Shown piece by piece: positions 1 through 8,800 of a stretch of 45,227 bases of DNA. The notes under the pieces are model-generated. The model was given only the letters and a program-made list of their open reading frames with translations. It did no database searches and was not told the DNA's origin. How positions within the stretch are numbered: the stretch's first letter is position 1; each line of letters starts with the position of its first letter. Made by a program: the position numbers and the translations under genes. Source of the DNA: a virus; UHGV virus genome UHGV-0391923. One strand, given 5' to 3'.

Positions 1-389
1 TCAACGGCTTCGCGCTTCTCTCTCCATAGATCAGGCTGACGGTTCTTAAGCCAGAAAATCATACTTGTTGCATCGGGTGGATAATGCTTCATGTATGGAG
101 TTTCAATGATCTCACCTTCGTACATTTTAATATCAAGGTCTGGTGCAACATATCCCTTTGCGCGATTAAATAAGGACTCTGCAATTTCAGCGTCAGCCTG
201 TATCTTTCCGGCCTTTAAGGACTTGCAAAATTCAGGAAAATCATGTTTCCAGCGATTAATGGTTGCTTCATCAACTTCAAAGAAATCAGCTAACTTCGCA
301 TCTGTTGCGCCAAGCAAACAAAGCTTTCTAGCTTGCTCTGCATATTCCTGTTTATACTTTGAGGGTCTGCCCTGCTTAGCCTCACTCAT
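1..389 (-). CDS. terS: Terminase small subunit, N-terminal 129 codons. ATG is at 389..387; the ORF runs off position 1 and continues in frame at 45227.
   Basis: Reverse-complement translation MSEAKQGRPSKYKQEYAEQARKLCLLGATDAKLADFFEVDEATINRWKHDFPEF... has no stop down to position 1. The GRPSKY..HTH pattern is typical of phage TerS. RBS AGGGG lies 7 nt upstream. Confidence 0.6.
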   Translation of the reverse strand, partial: MSEAKQGRPSKYKQEYAEQARKLCLLGATDAKLADFFEVDEATINRWKHDFPEFCKSLKAGKIQADAEIAESLFNRAKGYVAPDLDIKMYEGEIIETPYMKHYPPDATSMIFWLKNRQPDLWREKREAV

Positions 390-471
390 CTTTAGCCCCT
401 AGCTAAATAATACTATCCACAATATAGCACAAAACCCTGACTGGTGCAGGGTTCTATACAAATACAAGCAG

Positions 472-654
472 TTACGATAAATATTCTAAATACAAAGCGA
501 CCGCAAAGCCAAGTGCATTAAAAGCAGCATAGCCACCAAAGAACATACCTAGTTTGTGAGCATCATTCTCGCCGTCATCTATGGCACATAATGAAAAAGA
601 CGCTAATACCATTAGAACATTGATAATTAAAAGTATTGCGAAAATGTAGATCAT
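472..654 (-). CDS. Small two-TM membrane protein, about 60 aa from the internal ATG at 654
   Basis: GGAGAG RBS; ATGA overlap with the upstream ORF; hydrophobic segments IFAILLIINVLMVLASF and GYAAFNALGFAVALYL. Confidence 0.45.
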   Translation of the reverse strand: MIYIFAILLIINVLMVLASFSLCAIDDGENDAHKLGMFFGGYAAFNALGFAVALYLEYLS

Positions 655-938
655 TGACAACTCTCCACGTCTGTGATGGCTTGACATAAATAAGCACAAT
701 CAATCAGGCTATCGCATAGATTGGCAAGCTCTTTTCTAGCGCCATCAATGCCGCCTAATCTCTCCACCAACTCATAACTTTCGACAAGTCTGCGCAAACC
801 AACAGCATCAATTAAAGTTGGCTCATCCCAAGCATCTCCCGACATGTGTACTGTAAATTCACTCGCATCATCCATCCCGTGAAGAATATTTTTAGCAGCA
901 CCCCACCCAAACTTTTTCACAAACTCATTTGCTTTCAT
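651..938 (-). CDS. hypothetical protein (95 aa)
   Basis: ORF in a coupled minus-strand gene chain. Confidence 0.55.
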   Translation of the reverse strand: MKANEFVKKFGWGAAKNILHGMDDASEFTVHMSGDAWDEPTLIDAVGLRRLVESYELVERLGGIDGARKELANLCDSLIDCAYLCQAITDVESCQ

Positions 939-1489
939 GCCACCATCTCCCCAAGCATCAATCTAAATGCCTTCTCCTGCACAAAATAAGAATAATCCGC
1001 TTTCGATTTAAAAGGCGTTTCCACCGCGATATAAGCCCATGTTCTGATACAACTAACGCCTTCTGACTCTAAAGGTTTAATCGCATCTTCCACTTCTTTA
1101 TCTAGTCCTTTCCATCGCGTTTTAATCCCATCGCCACGGTCAATCTTAAACTCGGCGGTCTGCATCTTAATGTCTTTCAAGTGCGCTTTTGGCAAGTCAA
1201 AAATCAATTCCGCTTCTGTGCCGTCGTCTAGCTCAAGTGTAAGTTTAATGTGCCATTTCTGCTCTAATGAGATTAAACGGTGCTTAATCGCAATGATAAG
1301 GTCACCATCAATATGCGGATATAGTAGCACGGTTGCAACGTCCTCGTCGGGATGGTCTTTAAGCCATTCATCTGTGATACGGTCAATCAGGTCATTGTCG
1401 TACCGCATCCATAAACGGTGAACCTGCATAGACTTGGACTGGATTAACTGGCTGACTTTGTTCGGGTTGTATTTTTTAGTGCGTTTCAT
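935..1489 (-). CDS. hypothetical protein (184 aa)
   Basis: Long ORF with 4-nt overlaps to both neighbours. Confidence 0.6.
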   Translation of the reverse strand: MKRTKKYNPNKVSQLIQSKSMQVHRLWMRYDNDLIDRITDEWLKDHPDEDVATVLLYPHIDGDLIIAIKHRLISLEQKWHIKLTLELDDGTEAELIFDLPKAHLKDIKMQTAEFKIDRGDGIKTRWKGLDKEVEDAIKPLESEGVSCIRTWAYIAVETPFKSKADYSYFVQEKAFRLMLGEMVA

Positions 1490-1875
1490 TGTGGGCGCTC
1501 CACGATATGTGAACCAGTGAAGCCGAATGATGGGGCATCTTCAATAAGATAACCCGATTCACCAAGCCATGTTGACGCGCCATCAAAAATCATCCATCCG
1601 ATAGCATCATCAGGCGCTTGACTCCAATCCGGTTGCCATTCTTCCACATCATCAAAATGCTGTCCTTCACGTTCAATAAAAGTATTTGCGTCGTTTAGGA
1701 TTTCACGGATTTCTTTGCGTTTTTGCTCCGCTTCTGCTTTATTGCGCTTCTCCGCTTCGGCTTGCATTGCGTCGGCGTAATTCCAACAGAGCTGAATGAA
1801 TTTATCAAACTGCATTTCACAGTCTGAGTTTATCAGCGCTATCGCGTAATCATGCGCCAATTTAAGCTTATCCAT
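1486..1875 (-). CDS. hypothetical protein (129 aa)
   Basis: ORF coupled to neighbours. Confidence 0.6.
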   Translation of the reverse strand: MDKLKLAHDYAIALINSDCEMQFDKFIQLCWNYADAMQAEAEKRNKAEAEQKRKEIREILNDANTFIEREGQHFDDVEEWQPDWSQAPDDAIGWMIFDGASTWLGESGYLIEDAPSFGFTGSHIVERPQ

Positions 1876-1877
1876 TG

Positions 1878-2774
1878 TTATTCTCCCTTAATCAGCTTTT
1901 CAATTAGCTTTGAATAACCGCCAATGTCATGCCAAGAATCAAGATGGTTAAAATCACCGTTCACGATACGCGCCATTTTAGATGCAATCATGTACAACGC
2001 CATGCGGTGAGTATTTGGCAAATCATCAAGGCCATTCACTCTAACTTTTGCAAGAATAGACATAATGTTTTCTGTGACAAAAGCAACATCCTCAAAACAT
2101 CCATAAGTGGATTGACGCTCTGCAAGTGTTGCATCAACTCCGCCGCTTGACTGTGAAGCTCCACCGCTTGCGGAACCCACCGAACCCCAACTTTTACTGA
2201 TAGCCTGCCGAACCTGCTCAATTTCCGCGTATTGGTCATTCAGCGTACATTCAGGTGTTAGGAATGGCTCGTCTTGGTCGCGTTGCCAGACTACTGCACC
2301 AAAATGATCTCCACCAACATCAACTTTGGCATATTGGCCGCTAAAGAATCTTAACTCACCATTGTAAACTCTTGCTCTCTCCGCACCCTCTGGAATTTCA
2401 ATCCAATCCCTATCAACACAACCGCCATTTGAAACAATCAACTCATAACTTCCGTCTGGTTTTTTATCTAAATATTCTTTCAATGGTTTCACCATTGCGC
2501 GTTGCCAGATAACTTTAGCTAGACCAGACCAATCATTCAAATATTCACTAACACCAGACTCAAAGTAAAACCACTCTTTGTCATGCCCAACGCAAAACTT
2601 GTAATCACCTTTCCAAAACAAAAGCCATTCATCGCCATTGTGGTCTTTGCATCTTGTTAGGCATTCCGCACCATCTGGGATTAAAATATCGCTCTCCTTG
2701 CATAAATCACCGCGCAACACAAGTGCATACGTTCCATCTGGCTGTTTCTCAAGATATTCTTTGTAATCGCTCAT
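1878..2774 (-). CDS. Hypothetical protein with an internal tandem duplication in its N-terminal half
   Basis: KEYLEKQPDGTYALVLRGD...IPDGAE repeats as KEYLDKKPDGSYELIVSNGG...IPEGAE; Gly/Ser linker; helical C-terminal domain. Confidence 0.6.
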   Translation of the reverse strand: MSDYKEYLEKQPDGTYALVLRGDLCKESDILIPDGAECLTRCKDHNGDEWLLFWKGDYKFCVGHDKEWFYFESGVSEYLNDWSGLAKVIWQRAMVKPLKEYLDKKPDGSYELIVSNGGCVDRDWIEIPEGAERARVYNGELRFFSGQYAKVDVGGDHFGAVVWQRDQDEPFLTPECTLNDQYAEIEQVRQAISKSWGSVGSASGGASQSSGGVDATLAERQSTYGCFEDVAFVTENIMSILAKVRVNGLDDLPNTHRMALYMIASKMARIVNGDFNHLDSWHDIGGYSKLIEKLIKGE

Positions 2775-2946
2775 AAATCTCTCCTAAAGCTGCCACATCA
2801 TCAACATGACATTTTGCGTATAATTCAGGGCGTTTGTTTGGTATCCATTCGCCCTTATATTTAATTACTCTCACAGTCTTAGACTGCACTTCAAAAATTG
2901 CATCGGTTTGGATGCACAAAAACAATAGGTCTTGCAGCGTTCTCAT
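2749..2946 (-). CDS. hypothetical small protein (65 aa)
   Basis: ORF overlapping neighbours; no recognisable motif. Confidence 0.35.
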   Translation of the reverse strand: MRTLQDLLFLCIQTDAIFEVQSKTVRVIKYKGEWIPNKRPELYAKCHVDDVAALGEIYERLQRIS

Positions 2947-3140
2947 TTTGGGCTGTGAAAAATCTTCATTGCGTTTCTACAAAAATGATCCGCTTCTTCT
3001 TCCGTCTTGAACTCAAGAGTAACTCTTTTTTGGTTTTCCTTAAGCAGTCCACAGAAGTGTATCAAGCCAACATCAACCCCATTTAAGTTGACTGTATTTG
3101 GTTTTTTTGCATCATCTTTGCTACTAATCAATTCACTCAT
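2943..3140 (-). CDS. hypothetical small protein (65 aa)
   Basis: ORF with an upstream RBS-like GGAGATAGACATG. Confidence 0.45.
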   Translation of the reverse strand: MSELISSKDDAKKPNTVNLNGVDVGLIHFCGLLKENQKRVTLEFKTEEEADHFCRNAMKIFHSPK

Positions 3141-3160
3141 GTCTATCTCCTGATTTATGT

Positions 3161-4618
3161 TTATATCTTAACATTGTTCTTGCATAAAATACAATGGTAC
3201 GAGCGTCCAGACGGTATTCTTTTTTCTGAATTAATCCGAAAAGTTGTGTCGCCATGCACCTTACACAATCCTATAAACTTCCTAGCAGCGCTATCAGCAT
3301 CAAGTGCGCTTCGCATTCTATTTCTATTTTCCTCGGCATTTCTGGCATTTGCGCTTTTATCTTTCTTGGCTTGCTGTCTTAAGTATTTCTCTTTCACGCA
3401 AAGTTTGCACCGATGAATGGTTCGGCCATTCGGGTTCTCAATTCTAAATTCAGTTTCACCATGTTTTTTGCATATCCCATCGAATGTATTTCTTGATTCT
3501 GCCAATGCTTGTGTTCTAGCTGCTACATTCTTCTGGTCGATTGTTACAGGATCAGGAGTTTTTAGGCAGGCCATGCAGCGGTACTTTCCTTTCGACACGA
3601 TTCGATAAGGTGTATCACCATGAGTTAAGCAATATCCTGTAAAGAATCCTGTCTTAGATTGCTTCATTAGCTCTCGGTTGTAATGTTCCCTAACCGTCAT
3701 GTTTGGATAGATCATTTTCTTTGGCTTGCACATCGGTCTGCATCTTGGGCATATTGCGCGCCCATTTGCATGAAGTTTTAGCGTGGTTTTTCCATGCGTC
3801 TTGCAAATCCCAAAAAACTCTCTTAGTCCGCTTTCTAATGCCAATTTCTTGGCTTCTGCGGCTTCTTTTCGATCAGTCTGCTCCTGTGTTGGTGGCTTTT
3901 TCTTCTGAAGGCGCTCCACAGGTTTACCAAATTCAAAAACCGCAGCATGCAGCTTTAGCTCGGCAAAATCCTCAACACGGAATTTTCTGCGACCACGGGT
4001 GCTAAAAAAGTCACGATCAATCTTTGCAATCTGTGAAAATTTCAATATATCGCCCTTAAAGCACTTGCTTTTAAATTCAGCAATGAACGCTTCAATTTCC
4101 TCAAGTGGAACGTAGTGAATTACTGGCTTCGGCTTTGAGCTTCTTTTGTATGGCTTTCTTTCGGGTTTTCCAGTGGTGTATTTAAAACTCGCAATCGCTG
4201 AATACAGGCCCTCCATGTTTTTTGTATCTGGCACAGACACGCCTGATTCCCATCTTGACAGTGTTTTTCTATCAACACCGACAATGCTTGCAAGTCTGCC
4301 AAAATCACCAAGTCCAGCCTTTTCTCGAAAATCTTTGATTGCTGCTCTAATTTCTCCAATGGCTTGATTATCAGCAAGTGCCTTTTGCGCTTTGTAATTC
4401 GCTTTTGCTTCGGCTTTCTTGGCTGCATTTTCAGCACGTACCATGCGATTGACTTCACGGGCGCGCTGTTTCGATTCCTGTTGCGTCCTTTCCGATGGTT
4501 GCGGCGGTGTATATCCGGTTGCGGTAGATGCACCACGCGGAATAACGGTCGGCTTGTTGTTTTTAAGCCATTCTTCGAGTCCATCAATGGTTTGGTCTTT
4601 AATTGGATTGAAAAGCAT
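3161..4618 (-). CDS. Basic DNA-binding protein: XRE-type HTH plus four tandem CHC2-like zinc ribbons resembling the DnaG primase zinc-binding domain
   Basis: HTH GRLASIVGVDRKTLSRWESGVSVP. Four repeats of F-x-G-[ILY]-C-x2-HG-x-T-x-[FYL]-[RK]-[IL]..G[RK]..C-x2-C (GICKTHGKTTLKL..CPRC; GYCLTHGDTPYRI..CMAC; GICKKHGETEFRI..CKLC; GLCKVHGDTTFRI..CILC). Lys/Arg-rich. Confidence 0.7.
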   Translation of the reverse strand: MLFNPIKDQTIDGLEEWLKNNKPTVIPRGASTATGYTPPQPSERTQQESKQRAREVNRMVRAENAAKKAEAKANYKAQKALADNQAIGEIRAAIKDFREKAGLGDFGRLASIVGVDRKTLSRWESGVSVPDTKNMEGLYSAIASFKYTTGKPERKPYKRSSKPKPVIHYVPLEEIEAFIAEFKSKCFKGDILKFSQIAKIDRDFFSTRGRRKFRVEDFAELKLHAAVFEFGKPVERLQKKKPPTQEQTDRKEAAEAKKLALESGLREFFGICKTHGKTTLKLHANGRAICPRCRPMCKPKKMIYPNMTVREHYNRELMKQSKTGFFTGYCLTHGDTPYRIVSKGKYRCMACLKTPDPVTIDQKNVAARTQALAESRNTFDGICKKHGETEFRIENPNGRTIHRCKLCVKEKYLRQQAKKDKSANARNAEENRNRMRSALDADSAARKFIGLCKVHGDTTFRINSEKRIPSGRSYHCILCKNNVKI

Positions 4619-4688
4619 GTCTATTTCTCTCTGTAAGCTCGGTATAGGCGTTTTTGGATGCCTGCCTATACCGATGTAGCTTGTTGGG

Positions 4689-4952
4689 TTAAAGTGTCGA
4701 ACTGTGCGATTTTAGAGCCAATAAGAAGCCTTCAAGGTTTTCTTCATGGGATTGTGCGTAAACATCATCATCAGTGGTGTAGCTAGTAGAAATCTTGTAG
4801 TAAGTAAATCCACCATCTTTGCCAAATACGTTAAGTCCCAATGTTAGGCCATGCGTATCATAAGAAACCATTGCGCTTGCATCATCATTTTCAGCGTTAA
4901 ACTCAAAAGCAGCGTTTACTGCTTGTAGTAGTAATTCTTTAGATAATTTCAT
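4689..4952 (-). CDS. Small acidic protein (87 aa, about 13 Asp/Glu versus 5 Lys); first gene behind the AT-rich promoter region
   Basis: ORF with RBS AGGAGAAATAACATG. Confidence 0.55.
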   Translation of the reverse strand: MKLSKELLLQAVNAAFEFNAENDDASAMVSYDTHGLTLGLNVFGKDGGFTYYKISTSYTTDDDVYAQSHEENLEGFLLALKSHSSTL

Positions 4953-5083
4953 GTTATTTCTCCTAAGTCATGTCAACATATTATTATAATTATAGTAGTT
5001 ATACTAATTCTTTTAATTGATATACATCACGTAATTATATAAGAATTACTTATAATAAAGAGTATATTTTATATAATCTTTCT

Positions 5084-5160
5084 TACCAGTTGTATAGGGT
5101 TGTATATAAGAAGAATAGGCTTAGTGGTGACTTTTAGTATATATAGAATTATTCTCATTT
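5084..5160 (+). repeat. 77-bp element identical to the reverse complement of 39583..39659. Contains TTGTATA x2, a TTAGTG-N17-TAGAAT promoter-like core and the palindrome AGAATTATTCT.
   Basis: Direct base-by-base comparison, 77/77 identical, with weaker similarity beyond both ends. Confidence 0.9.
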
Positions 5161-5200
5161 AGATAGAATATACAAATACCGCTCCCAAATTAACCGCCAA

Positions 5201-5217
5201 TTTGATATAATTCTATT
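5201..5217 (+). promoter_or_regulatory. Extended -10 promoter TTTGATATAATTCTATT (TGnTATAAT); the same 17-mer recurs at 13231..13247
   Basis: Exact 17-mer repeat, each about 80-100 nt upstream of a plus-strand gene. Confidence 0.5.
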
Positions 5218-5298
5218 GTGGCTAGGCTGATCCCCGAAAGCTGTTTAACCTGAACAGTTGCCACAAATCTAAATCAGGTTTTCAATGAGGATTGAAGA

Positions 5299-5862
5299 AT
5301 GAAATTAGTTTATGGTTTTGGTGTAAATGATGTCGTCAACTCTAGCAAAACAAGAGAGTACGGAATATGGAAAGCAATCATAGAAAGATGCTACTCGGGA
5401 AAGCCCCTAATTAAGCACTCGACATACATGGATTGTATTATTGATGAGGAATTTAAATTATTTTCCGGCTTTAACGACTGGTTTAAAAAGCAGATCGGAA
5501 GCAACCAAAAGGGATGGGAAATAGACAAAGATGTTTTAATTAATGGAAATAAAGAATACCACCCTGATAAATGTGTATTTTTGCCAAGAGAGATAAATGG
5601 ATTTTTAAAAAAAAGAAAAAAGTGCAGAGGAGAGTTTCCTATTGGAGTTACCCTAAATAAACACGGATCATTCGTAGCTATGATGAGCCTTGGTAGCGAA
5701 AGGGAATACTTGGGTAGTTTCCAGAATCCAAATGAAGCATTTGAAGCCTACAAGATAGCCAAAGAAGCCCACATTAAGGTTCTGGCGAACAAATACAAAG
5801 ATATGATAGACCCCCGAGCCTATGAAGCCCTGATGCGCTATGAAGTTAAAATTACAGATTAA
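5299..5862 (+). CDS. Free-standing homing-endonuclease-like protein with a C-terminal AP2 DNA-binding domain
   Basis: N-terminal YGFGVNDVV...EYGIWKAIIERCY motif typical of phage HNH/AP2 endonucleases; AP2-like GVTLNKHGSFVAMMSLGSEREYLGSFQNPNEAFEAYKIAKEAH. Confidence 0.7.
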   Translation: MKLVYGFGVNDVVNSSKTREYGIWKAIIERCYSGKPLIKHSTYMDCIIDEEFKLFSGFNDWFKKQIGSNQKGWEIDKDVLINGNKEYHPDKCVFLPREINGFLKKRKKCRGEFPIGVTLNKHGSFVAMMSLGSEREYLGSFQNPNEAFEAYKIAKEAHIKVLANKYKDMIDPRAYEALMRYEVKITD

Positions 5863-5867
5863 AAATA

Positions 5868-5890
5868 AGCCCTCAATCGAGGGCCTTTTT
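5868..5890. terminator. Bidirectional intrinsic terminator AGCCCTCaatcGAGGGC with T-runs on both strands
   Basis: GC-rich hairpin between convergent genes; overlaps the primase stop. Confidence 0.6.
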
Positions 5891-8800
5891 ATATCTACGC
5901 TCCGCATAAGCTTTCATTTTATTCCAGCTATCCATATTCACCCGATAACCACGTTCACCGCCTTTGGTTGCACGTTTCCAACTCAAGCCGTATTTATCCA
6001 AAATCTGCGCCACGCTCTTACTGGTGTTTGACGGCATCCCCATGTTCAGCAGGTCGCCATTTTTCGCTTCACGCCATTGACCATAGCGCGATGGAATCAA
6101 TTTTAGTGAACTCAGCAAGAATCTATTTCTATTATCGCTCACACGGCTGATAATTGCGTCGCATTCAGCCTTTCCATAGAAAGTGCTAGTGATGTCGCTA
6201 TTCTCGAATATCGTGCCTACAGCGGCAATCTGTGCGTTATAGAACCTGCGCAAAGCAATGTTGTTATCCGTATCATCAATATCGAAAGCATAGCCCATCA
6301 AACGTGCGAATCTATCCAATGTTGGCATGTTCTCAAACATATCTATATTTTCGTCAATGATGTCGTGATCCAGATTGAATCCCAGGCTAGACCGTATCTT
6401 AAACGCCACAAGCTGAATTTCTTCCTCATCCGTGGTGTTTTGCTTTGCTTCGATTTCACGCGCTTTATCGGTGCTGATCTTGTCCGCGCTTCGGATATTG
6501 GCTCGATAGGTTGCTTTTAACTCTTGTGTGAGTAGTTTCATTTTATCGCTCAGGCTGTAGTCCACATTGGCGACCATCGCCTGCATCATTTCAAAGCAGT
6601 AATATTCTAAAAACCACACAAAGCCATTAGCAAAGTCCGCTCTATACATTTCCTCAGTGGCTTCAATGTGAGCCTTAAATTTGGAATACTCATTTTCTTT
6701 CAACACAGCACCCTCCAAGGCAGCAGCCTGACGCAATCCCAATAGAATTGACTGCGCGTTTACGTGTTCATAGCGTTTATTGTTGGCCTGTAGGCACACG
6801 TGATAATGAGGAACATAGCGCACACGGCCTAGCATCTGCGCAAAGTCACTAAAGCAAATAGAGTGACCCGAAGCCATGCCTGCGATCATGGTGAAGTGCG
6901 GATCAGGAACAAAAACTGGCTTGCCTTTTTCGTCATACACCTGATTTCCGCTTTCATCCAGTAGCGGCTTTTGATGCTCAACCGAAACCCCCGATGAAAT
7001 AGCAGGCGATGCAATCACCATTCGATACTTGCGGCTTTCCACTTCGATATTCTCTAAAAAATGCTTAATCTGCTTGGTCTTACTGTTCTTTGATGTAATC
7101 GTCAGTACATCGTAATCATCTGCAAACATTTGCTTTAAAACTTCGGCACGTTCTGCACTTTCCACTGAAAACCAGACATTGCCACCGTTTTGCAGCTCAA
7201 TGGTCACTTGGGTCAATAGGTCGGCACGGTCGCCATACAGGAAACACTTACGGTTTGCATTACGTGGAATCTGCTCAACAATCGTGAAAATCTCATCTGG
7301 ACGCGCTTCTTGCATGAAATCAAGCGTTGTTTGGTCAATAGAAGCATCTGCAACAATGACGCGCTCGGATTCATTCACAAGCTGCTTTAAGCCCAAGAAT
7401 ACTGATTCTTGGTTAGCCCCTGCCACTTTGCACTCCTTTGATGATGTGAAGCGGATGTTTTGGCTGATTTCATCAATGGCTAAGTTTTGGATCCGCCCAA
7501 CAAAGTTTTGTAACTGCATGGACTTGATGGATGGCAAACAGATTGCCATTCGCTCGGATACATCCGCTTTGGCTGCGGTCATATCGTCATAATTATCAAT
7601 GCCTAGCTTACCTGATAAATCTGCAATCAATGAACGACGGTGAGCAATTGCCCCGAAGGTTTTATCTGGAATCTTTGAAAACGGTGTAATCACGTTTCTT
7701 GTCTTTCCTGACCCCATTGGAGCAAATACCAGGCTGACAGGATTGGTCGGCACAAATTCCTCAAGCGATTCCACCACGACATGCTCATGTTTTCCCCATG
7801 ACTGCGGTCTAAGTGCGGTAGTCGCCATACGTTTCCGGTTTTGAATTGCCCATTGCACACGGCACATGATGGACGTATGCGTTCTCGGATTTAAAAGCGG
7901 ATGCGCGATAAACTTTCTGATCGTTTCGATATTCATAAAAGCAGGCACTTTTTCAGACATGCGAACCGCAACAACCAAAGCAGCGCGGGCAATATCCAGA
8001 GGCGCGTTAGATTCTTCTAGCACCTTTTCAGCATCGTCTATATACGGTAGGTCGAAAGCATTGAACGCATCCGCTCCCGATTCTCGAGCATAGTACAGTG
8101 TCGGTTTGACAACTCGCTCAAGCACCGCATTGTATCCACCTTCAAAATATAGGTCGTTGAAGTCTGTTGGCTTTCCCGATACATCAGCGAAGATTGGATA
8201 GACCACGTCCGCATCCACAGTAGCCGAGGTTGTGTAAGCAGCTTTAAGGCCAGTGTTCGACTTTTTGTATTGGTCGTTATCAGCACAGATAATAATTCTG
8301 TGAAGTGGATATGTTCTTCTGATGTATTTCGCAACATGGATTAAGTTCCCTGCGTCAATTGCAGCCAGTGTGTAAAGTTGCGTAGCTTCATGCAAAGTTG
8401 CGCCAGTCGCCCAGCCTTCGCAAATTAGAATCGTGTGTGTAAGTTCACCAAAGTCGTGATATACGCCTTGCTTCTCGCCTTTATAAAGCAGCTTCTTTGC
8501 ACCATTTGGCAGAATACCTTGCATGGATACCAACTGCCCTGCCTTGTATAACGGCACTAGCAGCGCGTTTTCCTCGGTCTGTAGGTTGCCTTCATCGTCA
8601 CGATAAACCCATTTCCCAACGCGCGTATTATGCGCCATCACGTCTTTTTTGGTCAGGTATGGGTGGCTTGTCGCTGGCGTGGCTGCATTCCACTTTTGCT
8701 GTGCTTGATTCTTTGCGCTTGCATAGCCTTGAATGACTTTTTTCTGTTCTTCTTGCGCTTCAAGTTCAAGCTGTTTTCTGCGCTCGGCACGTTGCTGAAT

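Noticed and set aside
91-402. 103-aa plus-strand ORF
   Set aside because: Lies entirely antisense to the well-supported terS coding sequence; low-complexity translation; no RBS
4120-4587. 155-aa ORF nested in another frame inside the zinc-ribbon/HTH gene
   Set aside because: Fully embedded in a longer ORF with clear repeat and motif structure; Arg/Lys composition is a frame-shadow artefact
4953-5083. AT-rich region as a replication origin with iterons
   Set aside because: Only TATA-type low-complexity runs, no clear iterated 10-20-mers; more simply explained as a promoter-rich divergent region
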